The notes beneath the pieces are model-generated. The model had not been told where the DNA came from, did not search any database, and saw only the letters and a list, made by a program, of their open reading frames with translations. Of a stretch of 64,000 bases of DNA, positions 14,701 through 29,400 are shown one piece after another; within the stretch, counting starts at the first letter, position 1, and each line of letters begins with the position of its first letter. A program made the translations under genes and the position numbers. The DNA is from Antedon mediterranea (Eukaryota; Animalia; Echinodermata), in NCBI RefSeq assembly GCF_964355755.1, contig NC_092674.1, positions 26,598,001 through 26,662,000 of the forward strand, written 5' to 3'.

Positions 14701-17700
14701 CAAACTAGTTTGATAGTGTAGACAGAGCTTAAGACTACAATCTTCTAATAGCAAGAATATAAGGCACATCTTAAAAATATACCATTGACAAAAAAAAACT
14801 ATCGTACAGATATTTTGAAATTAAATAACACATATTAATAACTAATAATGATATGAATATGAAACTGCTATTTTAATTATGCTTATGGAAGTATGTTTTC
14901 TACAACATAATTTACAAATTAGTTAATTTTACGCTTTGAATTTTATGACTCACAACACGCTTCCCGTCAGATCCTGACTTGAAGGAAAATGTAGCGGTAT
15001 TGCAGTAATTAATTACATAATTATATGCGTGAGTTCCCATTAGATAATTAGCGTTGCTAAATTCATTTAACATTTGCAAATTTTTAAGACATGTTCATAA
15101 AATCTTCCTCCCCTTCTTAAATCAAATTTACTTATCTTTGATATCAACTTCAAGAATATTGATTTGGACAACAAATTTGTTTTTGATAAATTTGCGCTGT
15201 TTTAATCGTGTACATTTATCTTTATGGGTAAAGGCAGTGTTCAAATTATAAATGACAAAGTAATTAGGTTTTTACCATAAATTAATTTTTAAATTATTTT
15301 AAGTAAAACTGTTAATAACTATTATTAAATTATCAATGTACATATTACATTTATTTATTTTTTATTTATCAATTTTTTTATTTTATTTTTTTAATTAATT
15401 TTATTATGAATATTTTTTTTAGGATTATTGCAATTATATATGTTTCATATAAGTACTGCAAAACAAAACATGCTTAAAAGAAAACACCATTGTGGTGGTT
15501 TTTATTTATTAACATATTTGAAATCTTATATAAATATTATAATAATTATAATTATAATATAAACATTATAATAATAATATAAATATTATACTATGCTTAT
15601 ACATGGATCTTTAATAGTTGTTCTAAAGTTGAAACTACGGAACTGACTTTCTTCCTTTGTTTGTTGAATTCAAGTGGTTTCCCTTCGTTGTCATATTAAA
15701 CAGTTGCTATCAGCGTTGGGGTACATCCCCAGTGTCTCAATCCCTTTAAATGTCATGTTCTCGTTTATTTTTCAGGTCCCGGAGGAGACGATAACGAAAT
15801 GCCACTTTTCATATATCGACATGGGGGAGCCAGTCACCTTGGAAGAACTCGGACGAAAGAAATTTGACGAAACAGCTGATTATAACAGCTATATGGAGAG
15901 CTGCATACAAGGAGTGTTGAAAGAATCGAGGGAAAAATTCAAAGGGTGGATTCCATGCGCACCCGTAGAGGGCGTCGATGTAGCATTTAAAAAAGTCGGT
16001 GATGAACATCCCCTCCGACTTTGGAAATGTTCGTTGGAAGTTGAGGCGCCACCATTAGAGCTGTTGCATCGTATTATTAACGAAAGGTAATTTGATTATT
16101 AAAGAAACGTTTTATGATATCTCGTATGTTTTGTCTTTCCCTTGTCGGGGTTTACAAATTAAAATAAATTTTAGTTATTCCTCTGTCTTTGCAAAATGTA
16201 ATACATACTAATTTGATATTCCTACACAAATGTATTTTATTAGATAATAATTGTTTTTAATGAAAACTAGGTGGAATGATCAATGAGTGGCTGTTTGAAA
16301 TAATTGTCTTAATTTATATATTTGATTCTGAACAATAAACTAGGTTGACATATTATAGTGTTTTATTATTTTTTGGACACAAGTACACAAAAGGATACGA
16401 ATTAGACACGCGGGGCAACAGTTGCAATCTGTTGCCTCCAGCTGCATCGAGAAAAAATTTAACGAAATTTTAGAATTACATGAAACCGAATTTAAAACAT
16501 TGGCAGGGTACGTGATTGAGGCCAACATAACAAATGTGTACAACCAGTTAAATACAGTGATTAAGTTGCAAGAAATCAACGATTATGCGTTCATCGTGCA
16601 GAAGAATGATAAGGCTGGATGGAAGTGCATGTAAATGAAGTGTTTCTTGAGCAAATCTTTCGTCGCATTTATTCTGACAACCCGTTTTTTTTTTGGTTTT
16701 TTTTGTAGATATTTATGGGATGAAGATTTACTGAAATGGCGTGTCGTTGAAAAATTAAACAATCAGACTGAAGTATATCAGTACGTAGTGAATTCGATGG
16801 CACCACACCCAACCCGAGATTATTGCGTTTTGAGGTAAATAAAAAAAATACTTCATACTGATATGTTATAAGGTTATCACCCATTAAACAAAAAAAGGTT
16901 AAGTATTTAAAGAAAGACATGGTTTAATATTTACATAGATCATTTACCATTGATACGTTGTCACATACTGTACATTCATCATATTGGTCTAGTTTGGGAC
17001 ATTTATATGTCACAGTTTTGTAACATGAGTCAACATGTAGACATCATAAAAGTGACCCGAGGAAGCTTGGGTGTCTCTCTGAGTAACAACTGGTCCTGAT
17101 AAAAATGAAAGTATATCTACTCCAAGGATAGGATATGATTAATAAAAAATGCAATATTATTTAATATCGGAATCAATAACTTTAACCTTGTCCTATTGAA
17201 CACAAACTTGTTTTAGTAATGCATTACGTAGACGGATACACAGGGGCCCGGCCGCAACACGCATCTTTTCGGTTTTTAAAAACTTTTATTCATAAATGCG
17301 TTTAATATTACTTCAGAATCAAAATTATGGTTAACAATGTTTTAATGGAAATAACTTTTTAAAATTTTGGACTGTCTGTCCCTCTCTTTCATAATATATA
17401 AGTCAATTCTTCCCAAAGTAATTTTGAGAATATAATGGTGGCTACAAAAATACTTAATTAAATAAACTAAATATATAATTGCAATGTTTTGATATTTAAA
17501 ACCCCCAATTCATAAATCTTAGGAAGTCTATACTAATGCCATTATACTTTGTCAATTTGAAAACAATTATATAAATTAAGGGTAATTCTTTTGAGAACCG
17601 ATGCCAATACGGTTCACCAATGCCAATCCAGTTTATTACAATATTTACCAACACAAATTAATTGGTTTATTGCGCTAACTGGAACTGCTTTATCATTATA

Positions 17701-19283
17701 AAACGCGCTTTGGAATTATTACATCTGTTCCTGCGCTGACAGAATGCTCCCGACTTGAGCACTGTGGTTACACTGTTATATACATATACTTAAGATAAGA
17801 CTTAAAGAAGGGAAATGTCATTTAGTACGGTTAGTTTGCCAAGAACTTATCCCCTGGGCGGTGAGTCAGCGGCGTTGTATTGCCTTACCAATTATTGGTA
17901 CATGAAACATTTTAAGATAGTCATTAATAACTTTCATAACAATAAATGTTTTTTTCCAAAAAAATTGTTATAATAAGGAAAATTATGATAATAGCAATAT
18001 TATACTAAACTAGAAAGATAACAATTTAATACAAATAACAATTTCAAATTTTAATTCTTAATATAATATTTTTTTATAATAATTTTGCTATATCTAAATG
18101 TGCGCTATATAAGTGTTAATTTTAAATTGTCTCCATTTAAATACAGGACACAAACAATTTATTTAAATGATGTAAAATGTAATAAAAGTTGTTCAACTAT
18201 TTAAAAAGTAGTTAATTAATTTTCAATGAATCCATTATAATTTCATGTTAATAGTAATAAGTAATGTTCTCTAGAGGCTCGAACCAAAACTTTATAATTG
18301 CACTCTGCCACATGCATGTATGGTAAAAAAATAGAATATAGCTTATTAATTATGAAAAAGTTAATATGATAAAAACATTATTGAGTCATTTTAATCAGTC
18401 AAGGGCATTTGGTAAAATACGTGAACTTGCAGCCCGTAACATCCTGGCTCTTCAAGACACTATGTTGCCATCCTAATTATAAATTAAACGAAGATGCTAT
18501 GAGTAGAATACGAGATTCTTATCACGGTTTAAGTTGCCCGGAAGCCTCTAAGTGAGCTCTCTTTGCTATTGAGGGTTTTTAAGTTAGCGCGACATGTTAG
18601 TGTCATGCCTACCAGATTATGCGATCACTTGTACACGGTAATACTTGTCCACCCATGCCGGTCATTAAAAAAATGACCTTCTGTCACATGATTGGTCTGC
18701 TGACCTTTTGAAATATTTAGAAAGGAGACTGCGTTAATCTCATTGGTGCCAACAAATTAATTATCTCGTGTAAATTCATTTTAATTTCCAAAAATGATTA
18801 ACTGTTTGATCAAAACACATAATATTGATTTTAATATTTAATTCTTAACATACTTTGTTTATTATATATATTGTATAATCTTTAATATTATAGAACAGAA
18901 AAATTCTCTTCTACATTATTGTATACACTAAAAATGCTTTTTTTGTTTGTATCATTTGACTTAACGGTAAAATAATTTGTTGTTATTCCAGATCGTGGAG
19001 GACTGATCTTCCTAAAGGAGCTTGCGTTCTAGTCTCGACATCCATAAACCATCCAGATGCTCCACTCATTGGTGGAATCCGCGGAACAATTCTGGCATCC
19101 AGATTCCTCATCGATCCTTGTGGATCAGGAAAATCCAAGATTACGTACATGTGTCGCGTGGACACTAAAGGAAGAACTGTAGAATGGTACAACAAATCAT
19201 TCGGACATATTTTAGCTACAATGGTGTCGCGTATCCGTGATTCATTTACGCAACCGGCAGATGGACCCGAGACAAAAGTTTAA
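8703..19283 (+). CDS. STARD13: DLC1/STARD13 (deleted-in-liver-cancer family) RhoGAP-START protein, 3' portion or short isoform
   Basis: Phase-consistent GT-AG exons: 8831(or ATG 8703)-8950, 10921-11153, 12040-12162, 12858-12988, 13624-13824, 15776-16086, 16709-16834, 18992-19283(TAA). The translation has the DLC-family segment LLKLTALMERYS..GWSWMMPRFMKRIKTPDYKDRKVFGVPL, RhoGAP motifs (GIFRKPG arginine finger, DVADMLKQYFRELPEPL, MTPYNLAVCFAPSLF) and a START domain (LRLWKCSLEVEAPP, MAPHPTRDYCVLRSW), ending GPETKV. The SAM domain and Ser-rich exon are not in the window. Likely co-orthologue of DLC1/STARD13/STARD8, so the symbol is approximate. Confidence 0.93.
8980..9150. repeat. About 17-bp minisatellite
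   Basis: TGTGGTATTTAATATTT, about 10 copies, just after the 8950 donor. Confidence 0.85.
10667..10815 (+). mobile_element. tRNA-derived SINE
   Basis: GTAGTGGCACTGTGG..TGG (A box) and GGTTCAAATTC (B box); body GCCTCGTATGAGAC..TTTAGAAAGAATGG shared with 55043-55205. Confidence 0.7.
14572..14729. mobile_element. MITE family A, complete copy
   Basis: TAA|AGCTCTGTCTACACTATCAAACT...AGTTTGATAGTGTAGACAGAGCT|TAA: 23-bp perfect TIR, 3-bp TSD. Confidence 0.92.
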
Positions 19284-21692
19284 GAATATATACTGTATAT
19301 ACATACAATGACTGGCTGTCTTTCGATTTTAATATTGATGCAAAATATTTTTGTTTTATGTGATTGTGTGATGGTTTTTATGAAGTAAATAAACTGTCAA
19401 TTAAAGAAATCATGAGAATTATGTTTCTTATAGAAAAAATTAGAAAAAAAAATATTTTATTCAAAAGAAAGGTCTTTGTATTCATAAGTAGTTACCTAAT
19501 ATTATTTTTATACGAACACAGAACACAAAAAATACATTTATCAAGCGAAGATAATCCGACGAATCATTTGCGTTGTATTTAATGTGGATAATTTATTTTG
19601 ATTACGAATATTTTTATTAGTATTTATGATTACATTTTTTTGGTAGACTTTTGTACCATTGGTATAAAAATGTACCTTAAAACACAGTGTGAAATATTGT
19701 AACATATGTCTATAGTTGTGTAAATAGAGTCGAAAAAATGACATTATTTACTAATGTATAAAGAATATTGTATACTTTGTTAATTGGATTTATTAATAAA
19801 CTATGTATATCCAATTAAAATTTCATTTTGTTTAAATTAACAACTCATATTATAACCATCCTTTAATTTAAAATGAATGTTTTAAATGTAATTTTTGTTA
19901 AACTTTTGTTTGTAATAATATTGTAAAGAAACATGTTTTTTTTTAGAAATAGCATGTCTTGATCATGTATGATAAGAAGTCAAAATACTGTAATGACTTG
20001 TTAAAATCAATTAAAGATATGAAGCCCATTCCATTTTATGTTAATATAGGTGCTACTAATACCCAATCCTATGACATTACAGGTCATAGTTCATATATTT
20101 TTCTAAGGTTTGATATTGGATAATTAAAACGATAATTAAATTCAGAAAATAAGTACAATTTGTAATAAAAAAAAATAGTAATTCTTTATCAGAAATAATA
20201 ATTGCATTTTATCCAATTTAATCATCTTTATTAATTAAAAGTTGAGAAAATAACATTGAATAAAAAAGGAAAATATCAATATATTTAATAGTGGTATAGC
20301 TAATTTCAATACTTTTGTTTAGTTTGAAAAATACATAAAATTAGTAAATGTAATTACTCTGAAAAATAAAACAGAGTTTAAGAAAATAATTAGGACGTTA
20401 ACAATTTCTGGTTTGAAGAAAAAGTTCATTTTTTGACTGTTCAATTTTGGAGTTAATACTTTAAAAGCATACTTAAAACATTATTATATATATAATTCTT
20501 TAAAAATGTATTTGAAGATGAATTAATTTGAGAAATATATTACATTTTTATTTTCTGTGGGAACAATTAATTAAGTCTTTCAAGTTGTTTGACTGAGTAA
20601 TAATACTCTTCTATTATTGTTTTTATTTTTATATATATATTTTTTTTTTATTAACTATGTTTTTGTTTTAAAACAAATATGAGTGGATATTTTGTTGGTG
20701 CTTGTTTTTGGTTCTGGAGAAATGATATCTGATAATTTGACATTCTTTCTAGATTTTACCTGTAATATCCATCGTTGCGTAGGAAGAATATTTTTTAGAT
20801 TTGCAGACAGGGTATAAAGAAATACAGTAAAGTTACTCAATGTATCCGTAACATTCTTTAAAATTTACATTATTTGTAATTCAAATATAACAATTCCCCA
20901 TCATAAAAACATGTAAAAATTCATAAAAAGTGATGTATATATTATCTTATACAGTAAATGGCTGCATTCTTCTTTTATTACTATTTTCAATATTTCTCTT
21001 ATTTTAGTTTCAAATATTAGTTTGCTCTAATTCCCTAATTCTCTAAAAAGAAATTAACTACGATGAAGTTTTTTAAATATATATTTTGCTGTTTTATTAT
21101 TTAATTTTGTTACTGCTGCCCCGGGAACTCGCACTCTTTTAGTAAAACTTTAAATGCTTGAATTAACTGGGTATAGCAGTCTTTCTACCTCACTTGTAAT
21201 GTGTTTTTCGTCTACTTGCAGCTATATATAAACTACGCAGGTTAAGGGGTGCGGGGAAAGGGTAAAGATGGGGTTAAATTAGGGTAATAAGTTTAGTGAA
21301 GTAAAAGAAGTGGTTTAGGATTTCTGTAAAACTTTTATAAATGTATGTTATAAGTAATTTGCAATATTTATCATTATTATTATTATTATTTCCCATATTA
21401 TCATATTCAAACAAATAAAAAAAATCTAAGGTGCAAATATGTCTTCTGTTTTCTACTTGTTTTATTTTCTTGCTTACTAAAATTACGCCAACAAGTTTAA
21501 GCATTTTGTGTGTTGGCAGTCTACAATGCACATAAGACCAAGAGCAGACGAAACACAACAAGGAATTAAAAATAAAAGATTATGAACTGTTTCAACAGAA
21601 AGCCAAACCTGCTGCATTTTGCATTGAGAAATTCCTGCAAATTCAATGCAAAAGATAAAGTTTAGCACTTCCTTTCACCCTCTCTATTACCT

Positions 21693-21759
21693 CTTTCACA
21701 CCAAAAGCAAAACTCCGGAGACACTCCGAAGTTCATGCCCGGTGTTTTGGTGTGAAAGG
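21693..21759. mobile_element. Small hairpin/MITE remnant
   Basis: CTTTCACACCAAAA...TTTTGGTGTGAAAG. Confidence 0.45.
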
Positions 21760-23354
21760 TAAAATCAAGCAACTCCGGATCCTGTAGCATGTTATTACAA
21801 TAACTATTATTTCCAGTGGCAGAAATCTGGAAACATTGGAGCCAAGTGTCACAAATTGGAAGGAGGTAGGCTGGCTAACTTGTTTTGAAAAATTCAATAT
21901 AATAAAGTAATATTCAATATAATAAAGAATTATTTTATTTATTTACACTTTAAGAAAGAATCCCCATTATCAAAACAGTGACAATAAACCATGTTGTACA
22001 CTGTATTACAAAATGGGGTACAGTATCCCTGTACTGTAGTATGCTTAGGCCTGCAGGTACTATTATCAGATGCACAGAGGGTTGCTCAAAGATACCCTCA
22101 CCCTTCGAATAAACTACTCCCACACTCAAATAAAGCACTCCCGCCCCTCGATTAAAGCCCTCCCAGGAAAATGAGTAATACTTGTATTTAAATTTCAGAA
22201 AATGAAAGTTGAGTCTTGTTTGAGTGAAGACCAGATAGTTGGCATAAGGATCATTAATTCCCGATGGAGATCAGAGGAAATGTATCCTCAGGCCTAGATT
22301 TCAAGTTTAAGTAACCAAGATTTATCCTGAATTTTGTTTTTTTAGATTTTGGCATACTTAAACCAGGCATGATACTATATGGTTAATATTTACTGTGTAT
22401 TTGATCACATGCCAGATCTTTATGATACTTAATTCAACATTTGAAAACAATGTTAATCTGCCAAATCTTACAACTGGGGAAAGAAACCCAATAAATTATT
22501 TGAAATATTAATGTGTATAATATATAATCTGTGAGTTTGACTTGATGTATAAAAGCAGAGCGAAATAGATAAAAAAAATATATATTAAAAAAAATAGACA
22601 TCATTCAGTAATAATGAATTATATTAAGAGAAAACATTAAAATAAATTTAGCAAGCTTTTCATTCCACAACTGTCATGGTTTGTTAACACGGTCTCCTTC
22701 ATTTATCGTACGAAAAAGAAAACTTGCATTTATGACCGATACTGATATAATACCTATTTAGTGGCTTGCTGGCCTGGTAAACATCTAATAAAACATTAGG
22801 CACATTTTAACCATGATGTAATTGAAATTTACTACAAAACACAACAATTACAATATTTAAACAATATAATTTGTTATTTATTATTGTCACATAATAATAC
22901 TGTACAATTTTAGATACTTTATTTAACACCTTTACTACTTGTGTAGCACAAACCCAGTGGTGTAACGGCTATCCGCGTTCACTGGCTGAACTCAGGGGCT
23001 CCAGGGCTTAAGGGGCCCAGAGCATAAGTATGCCTAAACGCAATTACGTACCAGCATTGGTCTCCCTTAGGAGTGTTAAACCAGGACTTTTCCCCCTGTG
23101 ATACATCATTGTCAAATGTGGTATCTTTGGTCAAAAACACAGTAAATATGTTAGAGGCTATATTTTGAATATTTTCTTACGTTAATAATTTGTTATTTAC
23201 GAGTCTCATGAACTAATTAACAACTCCCTGGGAGTAAAGTTTGTCGTTTGGTGCTTATTGAACTGATTTTAACAAAAACAATTCCCAGTTTATTTTTGAA
23301 GCATTTGTATACAATTCAGGAGCAATTTTAAAACTGGTGTCTCCCTTTAGTTAA

Positions 23355-23475
23355 CCCCACCACTGGTCTTTTAAGTGAACCACACAACTGGTCTTAAGTG
23401 AACCTCACCACTAGTCTTTTAAGTGAACCACACAACTGGTCTTAAGTGAACCTTACCACTAGTCTTTTTAAAGTG
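23355..23475. repeat. About 23-25-bp tandem repeat
   Basis: AAGTGAACCACACAACTGGTCTT and variants, 4-5 copies, alternating as a dimer. Confidence 0.75.
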
Positions 23476-24173
23476 ATGTGCCGCATTAAAGTGATATCTA
23501 ATTGTTCAAGGATATCAAGTTAACATACCACTCTCGATTTAAAGGAATTTTCAACCAATCATAGGATTCTTTTACTTTTTTTTTCCATTCATTCATTATT
23601 TCTGTATTTTGATTACCAATTATTAAGAGGCTCCTGAAAACCTGATGAGATGTTGGGTCATAATGGTTTATAATGTCCTTTTCTTTTAACACCAACAAAC
23701 TCATTTACATTTATTTGACCTGAAGGCAAACTGAACTGTTATAAATAATTTATCATAACATATGATTTAATTTTGGATGAAACTGCGGAAGAACCATGTC
23801 AATAAATAAAAATACACCCAAAACAGATGCACGCAAAAGTTCAAGGAAAAATGTAAAATTAAATCTTAAGTAACATGAAAGTGATTGGTTTGTAATTGGA
23901 TGTGAATCATTCTCAATTTTAGGTTAAATGAAGTTTAATTATTCATCAAAATAACATGTTTTTAAAGTGCTTTTTTGGCTGACAAACTTTGGTAACTTAT
24001 TGCAAATGAGGCATGTAAGGCTTCTCACGGACGCCCACCTAGAATCAGAGGGGAAACTCATAGGTGGGTGTGGTTTTAGCCTTAAAGAATGTGAAGTTTC
24101 ACACTTGTAGAAGTGCCTTGGGGTTGTATGTCAGAAGGAGTGTGATGACGCAGGTTTGATATTCGCCTCTGCA

Positions 24174-24258
24174 ATGGTAGTGATATGACATCATCATATC
24201 CATATATGGGCACATCACATGTTTTTGTCAAATAAAGTTTGATAGTGTCGACAGAGCT
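24174..24258. mobile_element. MITE family A, partial
   Basis: Internal ATGGTAGTGATATGACATCATCAT and one TIR GTTTGATAGTGTCGACAGAGCT. Confidence 0.75.
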
Positions 24259-25597
24259 TTAGACAAGATGCTAATACCACAGAGCCCTCCTCTGGGACAA
24301 GCCTATTCAGGGGCACTTTTTCATGAAATGAAAAAAGGGAAATATTTGTTATATATCTCTTATTCAGAAGACACACTTTGATCCTAAAAAATGTTCTTTT
24401 AACATAGGTTGTTCTATTGTATTCCCATTCCATCATCTTTCAGACGTGAAGTTTAGCCATTGGTCCAATGTAAAACTACACATAAAATAAAAGGTTTTTC
24501 TTGTTTGGTTAAAATGCGAGGTAGGTAATGTTTTGCATGCCTGTGTGAACCCACTGTAAAGTAGCATCATAAATTTAACACAAAAAGTAATGAGCAGTTC
24601 TGTAAATCGATACAACTAATACTTTTTTTTAAATGCATATTTGGTCAATAAAATTCAAAGCACATAATATTAATGCACAACTAAACTAAAGCATTTCTTG
24701 TTTAAATAATTTATGTAAAATATAAAAATTACTAAATATTATATATTCTATTTACAGTAAAAGTTATGATCAGAAATCTAAACTAGTATGGACAAGACCA
24801 ACTTTTCGTAGGAACATGGAGTTATAAATTTAGAATTATGGTAGGTAGTAGAATATTAATCATATCAGGGAAGAGTTAAACTCTTCCCTGATCATAAAAA
24901 ACATAATTATTTACTTGAAAAATATATATTATATGTAAATACCCATATGTAAATAACCATGTTCATAGCCTTACATTTTCCAGCCAGGCACACTGATGCT
25001 CTAGCCAATGGTGTAAAGTCTCCTGGTTTAGGAATCCTAAGTGGCCCTCCAACACTGGAGGCCTAGAGCATTTTTAGCCTTTTTCGACTTATTTTATTGC
25101 CCGTTTTTTCCTCTGAACATTGCTCATAATATAGCTGTAACTAATAGCATGAGCTCAGACAACTAATGGCCACAAAACATTTGTATTAGGACATGATCCT
25201 TTCGTCATAAGTATTATATAACACTCAAATGATTATAAATAAATATTTAAATTTGAATTCCTTGTACATGCATAGATAGGAAGGAAGAAGAGAACTAGGC
25301 CTGACTGATGTTGTGTTTTCTTGTACAATGAATTTTAAACAGTAAAAATATGAGTGTGAACCCTGTTATTTTGCTGGTCCAAAATTCTGGAATCGCTTGC
25401 CGAAAGTGAGAAACTGTGATACAATTTTCAAGTCATATCTTTTTTTTTTTCAAGAACGCTTTACTGTTAATAGACTTTGTACAGTCAGGCAATATACTTC
25501 AGGCAATATACTTTTTTATTGCAGTACAATAAGCACTACACCACATACTAAATGATAAAACTATAGAATTTGATCATGGACATCTATTTAAACGTTA

Positions 25598-25749
25598 AGC
25601 TCGAGTTTCTACACTATCAAACAAATGTGATGTGCCCATATATGGACATGATGGAAATTTTTTTTCAGTACCATATTTGGGCATATCACTACCATATTTG
25701 GGCACATCACACTTTCTTATCAAACTAGTTTGATAATGTAGACAGAGCT
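25598..25749. mobile_element. MITE family A copy
   Basis: TTA|AGCTC..TCTACACTATCAAAC...GTTTGATAATGTAGACAGAGCT|TTA. Confidence 0.85.
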
Positions 25750-25993
25750 TTAGAGGTTTGTATACTATTCATAAAGGTACATTTTTCTGGATATGATTTT
25801 CATAATTATCTAAAAAAAATGATGATTCTAATAATTGATATTAAGAATAACATTTCTAACAATAAACTAAATAATTGTAAGTAATCAATACATAATGCTG
25901 TAATATTAATTTACATAATAATAATGCTGATTTATAAAACAAAGCACACTTAATATAAACAATAGTAACATTAAATATAAGTTATATTTAGTT

Positions 25994-26258
25994 CAGTCAA
26001 ATCTCAAAATAATAGACTTTCTGAAAACTGGAAACTCTCCCAAAACTATACCTTTCTTGAGGTCCAAAGGGTCAAACTTTATGTGACAAAAAAATGTTAT
26101 GTGCCCATATATGGACATGATGATGTCAAATCTCTACCATATTTGATCATATCACTACCATATTTGGGCACATCACACTTTTTTTGTCAAAATAGTTTGA
26201 TAGTGTAGACAGACCTTTAGACCATCCCATGTATGTTCTGTATTTAGCGAGTTGACTG
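25994..26258. mobile_element. Tc1/pogo-like MITE with a nested family A MITE (26072-26216)
   Basis: Outer ends CAGTCAAATCTC...GCGAGTTGACTG|TA; internal AGACTTTCTGAAAACTGGAAACTCTCCCAAAA shared with 11221-11252; family A sequence inside. Confidence 0.6.
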
Positions 26259-26406
26259 TACCACTTTTTGTATTCTAATTAGGAGATGATTGTGTATTAT
26301 GATTTGCCATTGTAACTTTTGTGTTTTGGTGGAAGCAGACAACTTCCCAATTTTCTAATACTGTATATCTCCTTGATTTGTGACTATTTTTGGAAACTTT
26401 GAAACA

Positions 26407-29400
26407 TTAAATTGCTGTTTCTTTGACAACATCCCCAGTTGGCAATCGTTTATTTTTTGTGTGTTTCATAGGTTGCAGCGGCCTTGGTGTGTCATCGCTG
26501 TGAGGTAATTTAACGGGTGACTCGTGACTAGCGGTCGAAATACTGGAAGGAGTCTTGGCACCGAGACGTTGGAACTCCAGATCCATCCGGTTTAATGGGT
26601 GCTTTCCTTGACTTGTGCGGTTTACGGAATGTGGAAGACCTTGACCGCCGTGATTGTCCTGAGATGATCCATGTGATGGCGCTGTTTGAAAGGGATGGAG
26701 TTGGGGTAAAGTTTTTGTTGTTGATAACGGCTGTAAACGATTGTCACGGCAAATACTTGAGGATGAGATTGAATTCTGAAATTAAAATTAAATCAATTAA
26801 AATTACATAATCATTAACGTTTCATTCCAGCTACTATGGTTGCCAGTAAATTATATCTTGACACCAGGCAATTTGTAGAAACATGTTTTTAGGACATGAA
26901 ATGAAGAAAATGATTTAGACAGAACAAGAAATTGAATTTAAATCAATTTAGAAGTGAAAGAAAGGTAAAAGCAGAGGTGTTTATTTGAATTATCTTCTAC
27001 ACAGTCATGCCAAATACTTTAAAACAGTTGAATTAATTTAATAAGATTTTCCTGGCAAAGTTAATTCCAGACCCCTGTTCGTGGTTTATGTTCAGTCCAT
27101 TATAGAATGTTATGAGAATAATGTCTCAAGTAAAATAGGAAAATGACGACTGCAGAATTAGTTACTATTAATATTGAAGTGTTTGACAAAATGAAATACA
27201 AGTTTCTTTTTAACGTTAATAAGCATTCAGTTTTATCTATATGAACGCGTTTTTAAAATTACAAAGAAATGGTAACATTTTAACCAATGTAGCTGCATAT
27301 TACTACTAACATATGCATTCTACAAACTGTATTTATTACTTTTAAAAGGAAAAAACTGATAAATTAAAACAGAAATTTGATTCATAAAATTGCTTAACAT
27401 TTACATTTTTTTTTTACCTTTAATACACCTTGAAATGTTTTGATAAAGCGCATTCATTTATGTGTGTCATTATTAATTTAATATCTTTAATTTTAAATCA
27501 AACTTTTTTTTTCATATCATGAGCCTTGTAAGAGTAAAATATCCTTTTCTATTTCATAAGAATATTGCCTCTTAGCTACAGTGGCATACCTTGTCAGGAG
27601 TTTGTGTGAGTTTACGAAGAGACTTCTGCTCTCGAATCCCATAAACTGCTTTTTGGATAGCTAGACGATCTGTACTTTCGCTTTTAATAAGATACTAAGA
27701 ACAAATAAGAAAATTTTAGTAATTGTTTAACACACTTTTTATACATTATACAGTAGAAATACCCCTTCTTTAGGATACCCTTATTAAGGTGGTATTATGT
27801 TGGGTGTCCCTTTAATACCCTTTCTTTAGGATACCCTTATTAAGGTGGTATTATGTTGGGTGTCCCTTTAATACCCCTTCTTTAGGATACCCTTATTAAG
27901 GTGGTATTATGTTGGGTGTCCCTTTAATACCCCTTCTTTAGGATACCCTTATTAAGGTGGTATTATGTTGGGTGTCCCTTTAATACCCCTTCTTTAGGAT
28001 ACCCTTATTAAGGTGGTATTATGTTGGGTGTCCCTTTAATACCCCTTCTTTAGGATACCCTTATTAAGGTGGTATTATGTTGGGTGTCCCTTTAATACCC
28101 CTTCTTTAGGATACCCTTATTAAGGTGGTATTATGTTGGGTGTCCCTTTAATACCCTTTCTTTAGGATACCCTTATTAAGGTGGTATTATGTTGGGTGTC
28201 CCTTTAATACCCTTTCTTTAGGATACCCTTATTAAGGTGGTATTATGTTGGGTGTCCCTTTAATACCCCTTCTTTAGGATACCCTTATTAAGGTGCTATT
28301 ATGTTGGGTGTCCCTTTAATAGAAGTCCTACTGTATTTAAGTAACTACGATAGAATAGTTGGTAAAATTTGGAAGACAATGCATATCTTATAGGGCTTTT
28401 TACCTGATTTTTCTTTTTTCTTTTCTTTTTTATCTCCCTCCACTGTCCATCTTCATACGGTAGACTTTCCTGGGATTTTCTGCGTACACAAGAAAGTAAA
28501 ATAAATGTATGACCTTTGAACTATTGATGGTCATTGGAAAATGGTTACAAAAACGTAATAATATATGTGACTCCAATGTGGCTAAGAATCCAAATGGAAC
28601 AATAGCAATCGGTTTAATTTAATTTGAGATCTGTCGAAAACAAATCGTAGAAAACCTGTAAAATAGAGCATGACACCATGTTTTTATTATGTGACCGTGA
28701 GACAATTATAGGAATGTTATTCATTAATTAAGTAAATTCTAATTTTATCTGTAATCTGACAAAAAAGAAAGAGATAATGATGATACAGTGGTCTTCAGTT
28801 AATGATTGTGGTACGATAGCAACCAGGCTATGACCTCCAACTTCAAAGTGCTAGGCCTAATTAAGCGTTTCTACTTGCACCTGTTTAGAGTCAACTAGAG
28901 GGGGCTTGATTCGATTTTGGTGGTTGTGCTAAGCTTAATTAAGCGGTTCTATCTACACCTGTTTAAAGTCAACTTGAGGGGGCTTGATTTGATTTTGGTG
29001 GCTGTATTAGGTAATAAGGATGTATGAAGGGAAAGGGCTGACATTTTTGGATAAGTATTTTTAGCTCTTATTCTGGTTTGATACAAGGAAGGCGATAATA
29101 AACATGTGGTAGGATACACAGCACCAATTTGATTAATGTTGAATTTTATTGGGGGCTAGATGGGTCCTTTGATACCTAAGATGTTATTAGGTGCTGTTGT
29201 GATTATCTAAGATAAAAGTAGGTGCTATTAATTAGTTAATAATATTAACTAATTAATAGTACCTACTTTTATCTTAGATAATATATGTTTGGATGTTGTG
29301 TTTACATATGATAGCATTGGATGTTATGTTATCATAATTAGGAACTATGTTCCATTCGATGAGTGTGTTATTACCCACGGTATAATTGGGGGTTACTAAT

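Noticed and set aside
24975-25134. Exon-like segment on the minus strand (tacag...AAT|gtaagg) as an extra CDKL5 exon
   Set aside because: Stops in all three frames; it lies after the CDKL5 stop and overlaps a repeat-like sequence.
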